Shown piece by piece: positions 17,117 to 27,446 of a stretch of DNA of 47,343 nt. Position 1 is the first letter of the stretch. The number at the start of each line of letters is the position of its first letter. The stretch lies in the NCBI GenBank assembly GCA_046152935.1, contig JBJXGB010000208.1:1-47343 (forward strand), given 5' to 3'. Made by a program: the position numbers and the translations under genes. The stretch is from Cytophagales bacterium (GTDB lineage Bacteria > Bacteroidota > Bacteroidia > Cytophagales > UBA9547). The notes under the pieces are model-generated. The model was not told the origin of the DNA. It made no database searches and was given only the letters and a program-made list of their open reading frames with translations.

Positions 17117-18493
17117 ATGAGCAAACCATCATTACCCAAGGGCGTAAGAGACTTTGGTGTTTCAGTAATGGCAAAAAGAGAATTTATTTTTGCCACCATC
17201 AAATCTGTCTATCAAAAATATGGTTTTTCGCCCATCGAAACGCCAGCGATTGAAAATTTGAATGTGCTTACGGGCAAATATGGAGATGAGGGCGATCAAT
17301 TGATATTTAAAATACTCAATTCTGGCGATTTCTTATCTGACATCAGAACACAAAATACCAATGTTTTGAACGAGGATTTGAAGAAAATACTGCCGCTAAT
17401 TTCTGAAAAAGCACTCAGATACGATCTTACGGTGCCGTTCGCTCGCTTCGTGGCGATGAACAGGAACGATATTATATTCCCATTCAAGCGTTACCAAATA
17501 CAGCCTGTGTGGCGAGCTGATCGCCCGCAAAAAGGCAGATACAGAGAGTTTTACCAATGCGATGCAGATGTGGTGGGTACAGATTCGCTTATTTGCGAAG
17601 CCGAAATTGTGTTGATGGTACAAGAAGTATTGGAAAATTTGGGAATCAATGATGTCCTTATAAAAATCAACAATCGTAAAATTCTTACTGGAATAGCTGA
17701 AGTAATTGGTGCAGAAGGTAAAGAGGCGACCATTTGCGTAGCGATAGATAAATTAGACAAAATTGGTGAAGAAGCTGTAATAAAAGAATTGCTCGAAAGG
17801 GGAATTTCCCAGAATTCGGTCGATAGATTATTGCCTATTTTAAAAATAGATGGCTCAAATGAAGGAAAATTAGCGGCTTTAGAAATAGCTCTAGCCTCCA
17901 GTGAAATAGGAAAACAAGGCATTGATGAATTGAAAAAGGTATTTAGTTATACTTTAGCATTTAGCAGCGAAGTATCTCAATTACAGATCGATATATCATT
18001 GGCCAGAGGCTTGAGCTATTATACTGGTGCTATTTTTGAGGTCAAGGCAATGGGCGTACAAATAGGTAGCATTTCAGGTGGAGGTAGGTACGACAATCTT
18101 ACTGGTCTTTTCGGGCTCGATGGCGTTTCGGGAGTAGGTATTTCTTTTGGCGTTGATCGAGTATTCGATGTAATGACTGAATTAAATTTATTTCCAGCGA
18201 GCACAGAAAATGCCACCAAAGTAATGGTGACAAATTTTGATTCAACTAGTGAACTCGTAAGTTTAGGTGTATTGGCTGCTTTGCGAAAAGCCAATATTGC
18301 TTCAGAAATCTACCTTAAATCAGAGAAGCTGAAAAAGCAATTTGGTTATGCAGACAGCAAAAAAATACCTTATGTGTTGGTGATAGGAGAAGAAGAAATA
18401 AAAACTGGCGAATTTGCATTGAAAAATATGCAATCGGGTGAACAAAAAAAGCTTAATTTGCAGCAATTAATTGAAGCATTGCATGAAGTTTAG
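17117..18493 (+). CDS. hisS: Histidine--tRNA ligase
   Basis: PKGVRDF, LRYDLTVPFAR, GRYREFYQCDAD, LARGLSYYTG, GGGRYD. Confidence 0.98.
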   Translation: MSKPSLPKGVRDFGVSVMAKREFIFATIKSVYQKYGFSPIETPAIENLNVLTGKYGDEGDQLIFKILNSGDFLSDIRTQNTNVLNEDLKKILPLISEKALRYDLTVPFARFVAMNRNDIIFPFKRYQIQPVWRADRPQKGRYREFYQCDADVVGTDSLICEAEIVLMVQEVLENLGINDVLIKINNRKILTGIAEVIGAEGKEATICVAIDKLDKIGEEAVIKELLERGISQNSVDRLLPILKIDGSNEGKLAALEIALASSEIGKQGIDELKKVFSYTLAFSSEVSQLQIDISLARGLSYYTGAIFEVKAMGVQIGSISGGGRYDNLTGLFGLDGVSGVGISFGVDRVFDVMTELNLFPASTENATKVMVTNFDSTSELVSLGVLAALRKANIASEIYLKSEKLKKQFGYADSKKIPYVLVIGEEEIKTGEFALKNMQSGEQKKLNLQQLIEALHEV

Positions 18494-20471
18494 ATTTTGG
18501 ATTTTATTTTTTCTTGTGGGCTTTCAAAATCTGGCGATCGCCCAATTCCAAATTTCTTTTTCTCAAACCAGAGGTTGTGGTACTTTTATAACTGTTGTTA
18601 CACTCACCAATAATGGATTTTGCAATGCTCCAGATCCTGTGGCAAGTATCGAAGGTCCTGGCCTTCCAATTAATGGGTTGAGTTTTACAGGGATTGGTGG
18701 CAATAATTTTACGCAAAGCTATCCAGTGAATGCAGCTGGAATTTTTAACGTTACTTTAACTTGTAGCAATGGTGGAACTGCCACAAAAGGGAATTTAGGA
18801 ATTTACCAAATCCAAGGGCTAGACAACAGAGTCTCAAACTTCACCATTTCTTCTTGTCAGGGCAACGAAACGAGCGTAATTCTAAACAATCCAGTTTACG
18901 ACAAATACCAGGTCAATTGGGGCGATGGCAATACTTCTACCGTTGGCAGAAATTCTTCCACAACCCAGCAAATAAGACACACCTACGGAGACCAAATCAC
19001 CAAAACTATCTCTGTTACAGGTATTTACGAATACACAGTGGCTGGAACTGGTTTGGTAAATACTTGCAGAAAAGATAGTGTCGGAACGGCTACTCCCTAT
19101 CCCGCACTCACGCCTCCCGAATTATTTCAATTGGCAGTAAATAATCTCAATAGTATAACTGGGCAAGCTACGCTTGATATTAGAACTGATGAAAGGTTGA
19201 AATATAGAATTTCACAGAGAACCTCTACCTCCGCTTACCTAGGAATAGTTACCATACCAAATATCACGTTTGGCGTGCCAAATACCAATGCTACCCAATC
19301 TGTGCAAGTTGGTGGGCTAAATACATTAGGCAATACGTATTGCTACAAAATTGAAGCTTTTGACGATTGTGGTAATATCGCACCAACTTCTACTCCAGTT
19401 CAGTCCGAAAATCAGTTGTGTACGTTGCCGATTTTTGGAAATGCAATCGCCACTGGGAATGATATAAGAGTAGGCAATTACGATAGACCCACTGCGGATT
19501 TTTCACTTTCAGTTTCGGGCTTTGCACTTGTAGACACCACTATAAGTCGCGGCTTTAATTATTTAGATGAAAATGTGTTGTGCGGCCTCAATTATGAATA
19601 CAGGGCAAGTGCCAAAACGGAATTTCCCACTATTGAACAAGTGTCAATATCTGCTCCATTATCCATTTTGGCCATCAAAAAGAGTGCATTGGTTGTCAAT
19701 CCACCTACTGATTTTTTAGCAAGCTACGGAAAAACAGATCAAAATTTAACATTAAATTGGACTCCTCTTACATCTACAGGAGTCACCTACGTTATTTATG
19801 CGGAAGGCAATACAAAGCCGTTGGTATCCGTACAAGGCACAAATACATTCAAAGCCCCTGTGCCATTGGCCAAATGTTATTTAGTCAGTTCTTCAACAGA
19901 TTGTGGTACCAGCAACACCTTGAGAGCTTGTCCGCCAAATTTGCAAGCTCAAAAAGATAATTTAGAGCAAAATTCAGCCCAATGGACCGATGCCGTTACA
20001 GGAGACAATGACTTGGTAAGCAATTATGCCTTAGAGTTTTACGTGCAGGGTGGTGGTACGATTCCCTACAAAACGTTGCCAATTTCTACAAATAGTTACA
20101 TTCACAATCCGATCGATACCAATAGCCAAGTAACTGTATATAGAGTGATAGGTTTTTTGCCCGATGGAGTTACAGAAGTAAGATCAGATTTTATAGCAGT
20201 AAAGCAAGATGTGCGGCTATTTATGCCTACCGCTTTTTCTCCAAATAGCGATAATTTGAATGATGTTTTTAGTCCAAAAGGGCTTTTTTGGGAAGAATTT
20301 GAGTTGAGCATCTTCAATCGTTGGGGGCAAAATGTGTTTTATTCTACTGACAAAAATAAAGGATGGGATGGTGGCCAATTTAATCCAGATCTCTATCATT
20401 ATGTAGCAAAAGTAAAAGACCAATTTGGCGATGAATTGGTAAAAAATGGCACTTTTCAATTGATAAAATAA
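18483..20471 (+). CDS. Secreted beta-rich protein with gliding-motility-associated (T9SS type B) C-terminal domain
   Basis: Signal peptide; PKD-like VNWGDG; C-terminal FMPTAFSPNSDNLNDVF...IFNRWG...WDG...GTFQLIK. Confidence 0.88.
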   Translation: MKFRFWILFFLVGFQNLAIAQFQISFSQTRGCGTFITVVTLTNNGFCNAPDPVASIEGPGLPINGLSFTGIGGNNFTQSYPVNAAGIFNVTLTCSNGGTATKGNLGIYQIQGLDNRVSNFTISSCQGNETSVILNNPVYDKYQVNWGDGNTSTVGRNSSTTQQIRHTYGDQITKTISVTGIYEYTVAGTGLVNTCRKDSVGTATPYPALTPPELFQLAVNNLNSITGQATLDIRTDERLKYRISQRTSTSAYLGIVTIPNITFGVPNTNATQSVQVGGLNTLGNTYCYKIEAFDDCGNIAPTSTPVQSENQLCTLPIFGNAIATGNDIRVGNYDRPTADFSLSVSGFALVDTTISRGFNYLDENVLCGLNYEYRASAKTEFPTIEQVSISAPLSILAIKKSALVVNPPTDFLASYGKTDQNLTLNWTPLTSTGVTYVIYAEGNTKPLVSVQGTNTFKAPVPLAKCYLVSSSTDCGTSNTLRACPPNLQAQKDNLEQNSAQWTDAVTGDNDLVSNYALEFYVQGGGTIPYKTLPISTNSYIHNPIDTNSQVTVYRVIGFLPDGVTEVRSDFIAVKQDVRLFMPTAFSPNSDNLNDVFSPKGLFWEEFELSIFNRWGQNVFYSTDKNKGWDGGQFNPDLYHYVAKVKDQFGDELVKNGTFQLIK

Positions 20472-20537
20472 TCACAAAATATCCCGATATTTTGACACCA
20501 TTAATTGCTCTCTTCGGGGATAGAGGCATTGAAATTT

Positions 20538-20876
20538 ATGTTTGATATGTTTAGCATTCTTGGTAAAGTAAAAGAAGCCCAAGAAAAAATGAAAAATGCC
20601 CAAAAAGCCATTGTTAACATCACTTTAACAGCCGAATCGGGTGGGGGAATGGTGAAAGCGACCGTAAATGGCCACAAAAATGTGTTGAAAATTGAAGTTG
20701 ATCCTGAAATTGGCAATGATTTTGAATTGATGCAAGATTTGATAGTTGCGGCTGTAAACAAGGCACTGAATGATATTGATGTGCTGGTAAAAGAAGAATT
20801 GGCAAAGTCGATCGATGGGGTAATTCCCAATATTCCGGGTCTCGATTTGAAAGGCTTGATGAGTGGAATGAGATAA
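20538..20876 (+). CDS. ybaB: YbaB/EbfC nucleoid-associated protein
   Basis: ESGGGMVKATVNG, QDLIVAAVNKAL. Confidence 0.93.
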   Translation: MFDMFSILGKVKEAQEKMKNAQKAIVNITLTAESGGGMVKATVNGHKNVLKIEVDPEIGNDFELMQDLIVAAVNKALNDIDVLVKEELAKSIDGVIPNIPGLDLKGLMSGMR

Positions 20877-20922
20877 AAAGACGGCAGAGAGGTTAAAAAT
20901 TAGTTCATTTTATGCCAGTAGT

Positions 20923-21921
20923 TTGAAAGTTGCAGTTGTTATTTTAAATTGGAATGGGAGAAATTTCCTAGAAAAATTTCTCCCCAATGTTGTCAAATAT
21001 AGTGAAAGTGCCCATATCTCGATTGCTGACAATGCTTCGACAGACGATTCAATTGCTTTTTTGAAAAACCATTATCCGCAAATAAAGATCATTCAAAACA
21101 CTAAAAATGAAGGATTTTGCAGGGGCTACAATTTGGCATTGAATGAAATAGAAGCAGATTATTATGTGCTTCTAAATTCTGACGTAGAAGTGACCCAAAA
21201 TTGGCTTTTTCCTGCCATTAATTATTTGGAAAACAATCAAAATATTGCGGCTTTACAGCCCAAAATCAAATCGTATTATCAAAAGGAGCAATTTGAATAT
21301 GCGGGTGCTGCTGGAGGATTCTTAGATCGCGATGGCTATCCATTTTGCAGGGGACGGTTGTTCGACACGCTTGAAAATGACCATAACCAGTTTGACGAAA
21401 TTGCCGAAATTGGCTGGGCTTCTGGTGCTTGTTTTTTTGTGCGAGCATCTGTCTTTAACCAATTGGGTGGCTTAGACGAAGATTTTTTTGCTCACATGGA
21501 AGAAATCGATCTTTGCTGGCGTATTTGGAATGCAGGCTATCGCATCGTGTATTACCCACACTGTGAGATTTTTCATATTGGGGGCGGCACTTTGCCAAAG
21601 AAAAATTCGCACAAAACATTTCTCAATTTCAGAAACAGTTTATATTTATTTCACAAAAACTATCCTGGCAAAGATTTGCCTATAAAGTTTCTTAAAAGGT
21701 TGTTGATGGATGGTTTGGCGGGTGTCAAATTTTTATTGCAAGGCTATCCACTCGATACTTTGGCGATTGTAAAAGCACATTTTGCTTACTATATAGCCAT
21801 TCCTCTATTGCACAAAAAAAGAAGTGCCTCGAACCATAATTCACACAAAATGTTGAAAAAATACAGCATCGTGTGGGGGTATTTTGTGCTCAGAAAGAAG
21901 ATATTTGCTGATTATAAATAG
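20923..21921 (+). CDS. Glycosyltransferase family 2
   Basis: ILNWNG, DNASTD, LLNSD, WASGA, FFAHMEEIDLCWR. Confidence 0.93.
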   Translation: MKVAVVILNWNGRNFLEKFLPNVVKYSESAHISIADNASTDDSIAFLKNHYPQIKIIQNTKNEGFCRGYNLALNEIEADYYVLLNSDVEVTQNWLFPAINYLENNQNIAALQPKIKSYYQKEQFEYAGAAGGFLDRDGYPFCRGRLFDTLENDHNQFDEIAEIGWASGACFFVRASVFNQLGGLDEDFFAHMEEIDLCWRIWNAGYRIVYYPHCEIFHIGGGTLPKKNSHKTFLNFRNSLYLFHKNYPGKDLPIKFLKRLLMDGLAGVKFLLQGYPLDTLAIVKAHFAYYIAIPLLHKKRSASNHNSHKMLKKYSIVWGYFVLRKKIFADYK

Positions 21922-21947
21922 ATATTTATAGTATTAATGTATTGATA

Positions 21948-22364
21948 ATGAACGAATTAACACTTACCACACCAGCGATCCTATTTCCTGCTATTTCACT
22001 TTTGCTATTGGCATACACCAATAGATATGTGGCCATTAGCAATCGAATACGGACTCTACATGCACAGTATTCGAAAGAGAAAAGCTCAATTATTTTGGAG
22101 CAAATAAAAATATTAAAATTACGAATCAGGCTTATCAGAGATATGCAATTAATGGGTATTTTGAGCATGCTTTTTGCATCGCTCACCATGTTTCTTATTT
22201 TTGAGAAAATCAATTATTTTGCTGGCTATATCTTTGGCGTCAGTCTTGTTTTATTGATTGTTTCTTTGGCATTTTCAGCCTACGAAATTATGCTTTCAAA
22301 CAAAGCTTTGCTTATCTTACTCACAGATATAGAAGAAGAAGTAATATTGAAAGAAAATATATAG
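21948..22364 (+). CDS. DUF2721-family membrane protein
   Basis: LTTPAILFPAISLLLLAYTNR; three hydrophobic segments. Confidence 0.8.
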   Translation: MNELTLTTPAILFPAISLLLLAYTNRYVAISNRIRTLHAQYSKEKSSIILEQIKILKLRIRLIRDMQLMGILSMLFASLTMFLIFEKINYFAGYIFGVSLVLLIVSLAFSAYEIMLSNKALLILLTDIEEEVILKENI

Positions 22365-22407
22365 GTAAAAATTTCAAGGTAGCATAATTTTCTAAACATT
22401 CAGCTAG

Positions 22408-23391
22408 ATGCAAATCCGACCACGTAGAAATCGCAAATCGCAAGCCATTCGCGATTTGGTGCAAGAAACCAACGTGACTGTTAATGATCTATTATTTCCT
22501 ATTTTTTTAACAACAGGAACAAATAAAAAGTTCGCAATTGCCTCAATGCCAGGTATTTATCGATATTCACTCGATTTGTTGTTAGTGGAAATTGACGAAT
22601 GTGCCCAGCTTGGAATCAAAGCTTTTGATGTGTTTCCGCAATATGATGAAAGCTTCAAAGATAAATTTGCTACTGAAAGTTGGAATGAAGATGGTATGTA
22701 CATCAATGCCATCAGAGAAATCAAGCGAAATTTTCCACATATTTGTTTGATGACAGACGTAGCTATGGATCCATATAGTAGTGAAGGGCATGATGGTTTT
22801 GTCGAAAATGGCTCGATAAGAAACGATGAAACTTTGGAAATATTAGGTAAGATGAGCCTCGCCCAAGCAAAAGCGGGGGCAGATATTTTAGGTCCTTCAG
22901 ATATGATGGATGGTAGGGTAGGCCATATTAGAAAACTGCTAGATATAAATGGATTTATGGATACCAGCATTATGAGCTATACCGCCAAGTATGCAAGTGC
23001 TTTTTATGGGCCGTTTCGCGATGCCTTAGATTCTGCTCCTAAATTTGGAGATAAAAAAACGTATCAAATGAATCCTGCAAATAGCAAAGAAGCTTTGATC
23101 GAGGCAGAATTAGATGCGATGGAAGGTGCTGATTTTCTGATGGTGAAGCCCGCATTGGCTTATTTAGATATTATCAAATTGCTAAAAGACAATTTCAATT
23201 TGCCTATTTCTGCCTATAATGTAAGTGGTGAATATGCGATGATAAAGGCCGCATCACAAAACGGTTGGCTCGATGGCACAAAAGCAATGAACGAAACGCT
23301 TTTGAGCATAAAAAGAGCCGGAGCAGATATTATTCTTACCTATTTCGCTAAAGAATTTGCGATCAATTCCAAAATGATAAATGGCTTGTAG
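22408..23391 (+). CDS. hemB: Porphobilinogen synthase (Asp-rich, non-Cys-triad type)
   Basis: RPRRNR, DVAMDPYSSEGHDG, PSDMMDGR, SAFYGPFRDA, MVKPA. Confidence 0.97.
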   Translation: MQIRPRRNRKSQAIRDLVQETNVTVNDLLFPIFLTTGTNKKFAIASMPGIYRYSLDLLLVEIDECAQLGIKAFDVFPQYDESFKDKFATESWNEDGMYINAIREIKRNFPHICLMTDVAMDPYSSEGHDGFVENGSIRNDETLEILGKMSLAQAKAGADILGPSDMMDGRVGHIRKLLDINGFMDTSIMSYTAKYASAFYGPFRDALDSAPKFGDKKTYQMNPANSKEALIEAELDAMEGADFLMVKPALAYLDIIKLLKDNFNLPISAYNVSGEYAMIKAASQNGWLDGTKAMNETLLSIKRAGADIILTYFAKEFAINSKMINGL

Positions 23392-23502
23392 TTGTTTAAA
23401 GTCTACGTATTTTGCAGATAAGCATTTACTTTTATCAATTTTAAAGTATTCACAAAATAATCATACATTCGCAAAACTTATTTTGATCTAAAAACCAAAA
23501 CC

Positions 23503-24060
23503 ATGAAATACTATTTTACTGTACTCTGTTTTTCAGTTGTATCATTTTTGACGCTATCTGCTCAAGAAATTAATTATCAAAAACTAGGTGTGCCTTCAGT
23601 CGATGGTGGCGGCATTATTTTTGATGCCGACAAAAACCAAATTGGTAGAGTAGATAAAGATGGTGCAATTTATGACGCTAAAGGTACGAAAATTGCCAAA
23701 TTTGACGCTTTTGGTAACGTAATTGAAGATATAACTGGCGGAAATTTTGGCAAAAGCGATGCAGAAGGCAATCACATGATTGTAAAAAACAAGAAAGTGA
23801 TAAGCTGGAATTCGGCCTATCCAGAAAATGCTGGGGTGCAAATTTGTCTAGTCAAAAATAAAAGCGGTAAATTGATGGGTGCGGTGAACAAAGTTCACAA
23901 ACAGTATGGAACTGGAGCGATGTATTTTTTGGTTGTCAAGTTTGTAAAAGGTTCTGAAAAAGAGACTACAACGACCATCACAAGCAAAAAAACAACCAAA
24001 AAGTCTACTATCAAAAAAACTACCACTAAAAAGGTGGTAAAGAAGAAAACAATAAAATAG
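23503..24060 (+). CDS. Exported protein with short beta-hairpin repeats and a Lys/Thr-rich tail
   Basis: Signal peptide; FDADKNQIGRVDKDG / YDAKGTKIAKFDAFG repeats; KKTTKKSTIKKTTTKKVVKKK tail. Confidence 0.7.
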   Translation: MKYYFTVLCFSVVSFLTLSAQEINYQKLGVPSVDGGGIIFDADKNQIGRVDKDGAIYDAKGTKIAKFDAFGNVIEDITGGNFGKSDAEGNHMIVKNKKVISWNSAYPENAGVQICLVKNKSGKLMGAVNKVHKQYGTGAMYFLVVKFVKGSEKETTTTITSKKTTKKSTIKKTTTKKVVKKKTIK

Positions 24061-24067
24061 AAATAAC

Positions 24068-24400
24068 ATGAAAACAGTATATCTTTTCGTAGCATTGTTG
24101 CTAACTATTGCCAAAATTTCTGCCCAGTCGGAAACTACTACAGTCAAGTTCAAGGTTTTGGGCAATTGTGAGATGTGTAAAAAAACAATTGAAAATTCGC
24201 TAGCTATCAAAGGCGTAAAATCTGCAAATTGGAACCAAGAAACTAAAATGATACAGGTAGTTTACAGCAATTCAAAAATAAGTGAATTGAAAATACATGA
24301 ATCAATCGCTGCAGCTGGTTACGAGACCGAAAAGATGAAAGCAAGTACAAAAGCATACGCAGATTTGCCAGAATGTTGCCAGTATTCACAATCGAAGTAA
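24068..24400 (+). CDS. Exported heavy-metal-associated (HMA) domain protein
   Basis: Signal peptide, GNCEMC, AGY, and C-terminal LPECCQY. Confidence 0.9.
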   Translation: MKTVYLFVALLLTIAKISAQSETTTVKFKVLGNCEMCKKTIENSLAIKGVKSANWNQETKMIQVVYSNSKISELKIHESIAAAGYETEKMKASTKAYADLPECCQYSQSK

Positions 24401-24568
24401 TAAGCTCTGGTGGCATTTTATTGGATTTGATAAGTTTTAATAAACTGTCAAATCTTTTTTTTGTAAATAATTGGGTAACATCGTTACTAGTCAAAAAAAT
24501 ATTATGAAATTGCTATTCACAGTGCTTTACTGCGTATAAGACCACATCTTTTATTTTATCATTTTCAA

Positions 24569-24970
24569 ATGGAAGCTTCTGTAAATAGGTTTAAAAAAGT
24601 GCTAATTGTTGACGATGAGTTTGTAGATACGTTCATCACCAAGCATTTGATGCTCAAGTGCAATTTTGCAGATGTGTATATTTTGATCGATTCATCGCAA
24701 GATGCCTACGATTATATTAGTGAAGAACTTACTTTGGGGTCGAAACTACCTGAATTAATTTTTTTAGATATTAATATGCCCATGTACAATGGTTTTGAAA
24801 TTTTAGAAAAGATTGAGACTTTCGTGAAAATGAATAACCTGAACACAAGAGTATTTATATTAAGTTCATCTGATAATATTGACGATATTAGAAAAACAAA
24901 GGCTTTCAACTGTGTGGAAGATTATTTTGTCAAGCCTTTGAATGAAGAGATGCTGTTGAATATCAAATAA
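24569..24970 (+). CDS. Stand-alone response regulator receiver domain
   Basis: LIVDDE, IFLDINMPMYNGFE, LSSS, KPL. Confidence 0.92.
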   Translation: MEASVNRFKKVLIVDDEFVDTFITKHLMLKCNFADVYILIDSSQDAYDYISEELTLGSKLPELIFLDINMPMYNGFEILEKIETFVKMNNLNTRVFILSSSDNIDDIRKTKAFNCVEDYFVKPLNEEMLLNIK

Positions 24971-25202
24971 TAAATGCAGTGTTCACAATATTTCTTTGCT
25001 TTTATAGACGGTAAAATCAGTTATTTTTAGATCTTCAGACTATTCAGTAGCTTGATATTCTCTATTTTTTGCTAAGCGAGTGTCGACACAGCTGTGGCTG
25101 TCATAAAATTGTTTTGATCTATTGTGGTGATAATTTACATGAGAAAGCGTTCCGTTTATATTTGAAAAAAAGTAAATTTGTGGGTAAATAAGAACCAGAA
25201 TA

Positions 25203-26087
25203 ATGGAAGGTGGAGCTTTAAAAGACATTCTCAAAAAACTTAGAAGTTACGAAATAAAAATTCGCAAGGCTGTAAATCAGCAAATGCACGGAGATTTTAG
25301 GTCGGTTTTTAAAGGCTCTGGTATTGAGTTTGACGATATTAGAGAATACCAATATGGTGATGATGTGCGAACCATTGATTGGAATGTGACTGCCAAGGGG
25401 CACGGTACCTTTCTGAAAACTTTCAAAGAAGAAAAAGAGCAAACAGTTTACTTTATTTTAGATGTGAGCGCCTCGCAAGATATTGGCAAAGTAGGTCAAA
25501 AAAAGATCGATATTGCCAAGGAGATATGCGGAGTTTTGGCTCTTTCTGCCATTCACGAGCAAAATTTAGTAGGAGCTCTCTGCTTTACAGATACCAAAGA
25601 GAAATACATAAAACCAGGAAAAGGTGTAAAATTTGGCTACGAATTTATCGCTGGTATTTATAATCTCAAGCCCAAATCGCTCAAAACAGATATCAATAAA
25701 GCATTGGGTTATGCACTCAATTTGGTTAAAAAGAGGAGCGTTGTAATTTTAATCTCCGATTTCATAGACGACCAATACCAAAAAAACTTGCAGGCATTGG
25801 CAAGCAAGCACGATTTAGTGGTGATTCACCTCTCTGATAGGAGAGAGGCAAAGCTGCCCAAAATGGGAATTATTCCTGTTTTTGATAAAGAAGCTCGGAA
25901 AACGATATGGATAAACACTTCTTCGTCCGATTTTAGGAATGGTATTACCAGGAAATTTACATTAAGTAAAAATCAATTGGAAGATACGTGCAAAAAAACT
26001 AATTCAAGTTATATGCAGATTTTTACCAACGAAGATTATGTAAATAAATTAATCAGGCTATTTCAGATCAGGAACATAAAAAAATGA
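25203..26087 (+). CDS. DUF58 (vWA-like) protein
   Basis: SVFKGSGIEF, REYQYGDDVRTIDWNVTA, LDVSAS, ISDF. Confidence 0.92.
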   Translation: MEGGALKDILKKLRSYEIKIRKAVNQQMHGDFRSVFKGSGIEFDDIREYQYGDDVRTIDWNVTAKGHGTFLKTFKEEKEQTVYFILDVSASQDIGKVGQKKIDIAKEICGVLALSAIHEQNLVGALCFTDTKEKYIKPGKGVKFGYEFIAGIYNLKPKSLKTDINKALGYALNLVKKRSVVILISDFIDDQYQKNLQALASKHDLVVIHLSDRREAKLPKMGIIPVFDKEARKTIWINTSSSDFRNGITRKFTLSKNQLEDTCKKTNSSYMQIFTNEDYVNKLIRLFQIRNIKK

Positions 26088-26108
26088 AATACCAAAATAG
26101 GCTAATTT

Positions 26109-27380
26109 TTAGCCAGCTACTACCTCAATTAAGCTGGTGGAATCAAAATATTTTTCGGCCAATTGTTGCAATTCACTAGCTGTAATTTTCTTGATGGTCT
26201 CTGTGTATTTGGTATAAAATTCGTAATCTAAGCCTGAGTAGTGGATGCTTTTGAATTTTTCTGCCAGTTGAAAAGGCGTATTTAAAGAACTGATATAGGT
26301 GCCAAGCATATAATTTCGCACAGTATCAAGTTCCTCTTGGTTCACAAGTTCATTTTTTAGCTTTTCTATTTCTTTGTATATTTCCTCAAGTGCTTGAGCC
26401 ACCAATTCTTTTTTTACATCTGTGCCGATTATAAAAAATCCTTCATTCACCATGCTCACCGATTGGGCGTATATGCCATAAGTAAGACCCTTTTCTTCTC
26501 TGATATTTTTCATTAATCTAGAGCCAAAATAACCTCCCAAAATTTCACAAAGCACCAGAAATTTGATATAATCTGGGTGGTTTTTGGTGAAAAGCTTTCT
26601 ACCGATCCGTATCGAACATTGAGAATTATCTTCTTTAGACCAAGTGATTTTGTTTTTTCCAGAACCTCTGGCCTCTTTTTTGATCGTGATCGAAGTAGGA
26701 AACTTCATTTTCTCAGCACCAAAGATGCGATCTATGTCTTTTATCACCGCATCTGTCACCATTCCAGAGGCTATGATTTCAAAGCTATTTTCTCTTATTT
26801 TGCCGTTGTAATAAGCCAAAGTATCGGCATAAGTTATTTTTTCGATCGTTTCTACATCTAAAAAATAACCGTATGGATGGTTTTCTCCAAAAATATTCTT
26901 TTTGAACAACCCAGATGCTTGGTAGGAAGTTTTTTCGAGATTGATTAATAATTGCTGACTTTGGATATTTTTAAGATTATCGAAATTCTCCTCAGGGAAA
27001 ATTGAATCTTTCAAAATTTCATTTAAAAGTGGTAGTAGAAATGGCAGGTGTTTTGTAAGCGACACCATCGAAATGCTGATTTTGTCATTTCCAGGATACA
27101 ATTCTAAACTTGCACCGTAGTAAGCAATTTTTTCTGCTAAAGCTTTTGCTGTATGGTTTTTTGTGCCTTCATTTAGCATTTTGGTAGCTAAAAATGCCAA
27201 ACCTGCCGATGGTTCGTAGTAATTGCCAGCATTATACACCAATTCTATTTTTACCACTTCTTGGCTTCCATTGCGTATAAAATGCAAGGGCAATCCGTTG
27301 GCTAACTTTACTGTTTGGGCTTTAATTAATGGAAAAGAAGTAAGTGCATGTACTTCTGGAGCTTCGGTTCTGTTTAGCAT
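26109..27380 (-). CDS. M16-family peptidase, non-catalytic subunit
   Basis: LANG, EGT, LGGYFGSRLMKNIREEKGLTYGI; no HxxEH. Confidence 0.88.
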   Translation of the reverse strand: MLNRTEAPEVHALTSFPLIKAQTVKLANGLPLHFIRNGSQEVVKIELVYNAGNYYEPSAGLAFLATKMLNEGTKNHTAKALAEKIAYYGASLELYPGNDKISISMVSLTKHLPFLLPLLNEILKDSIFPEENFDNLKNIQSQQLLINLEKTSYQASGLFKKNIFGENHPYGYFLDVETIEKITYADTLAYYNGKIRENSFEIIASGMVTDAVIKDIDRIFGAEKMKFPTSITIKKEARGSGKNKITWSKEDNSQCSIRIGRKLFTKNHPDYIKFLVLCEILGGYFGSRLMKNIREEKGLTYGIYAQSVSMVNEGFFIIGTDVKKELVAQALEEIYKEIEKLKNELVNQEELDTVRNYMLGTYISSLNTPFQLAEKFKSIHYSGLDYEFYTKYTETIKKITASELQQLAEKYFDSTSLIEVVAG

Positions 27381-27446
27381 CAAAATAATTCAATCAATAA
27401 TCTCTCGCACAAATCTACAAATACCTTTCCAAAATAGACTGATTTA

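Noticed and set aside
25040-25234. 64-aa minus-strand ORF and small palindromes (gtgtcgacac) in the intergenic region
   Set aside because: Overlaps the DUF58 start and promoter, has no recognisable features, and the palindromes are short enough to be chance.
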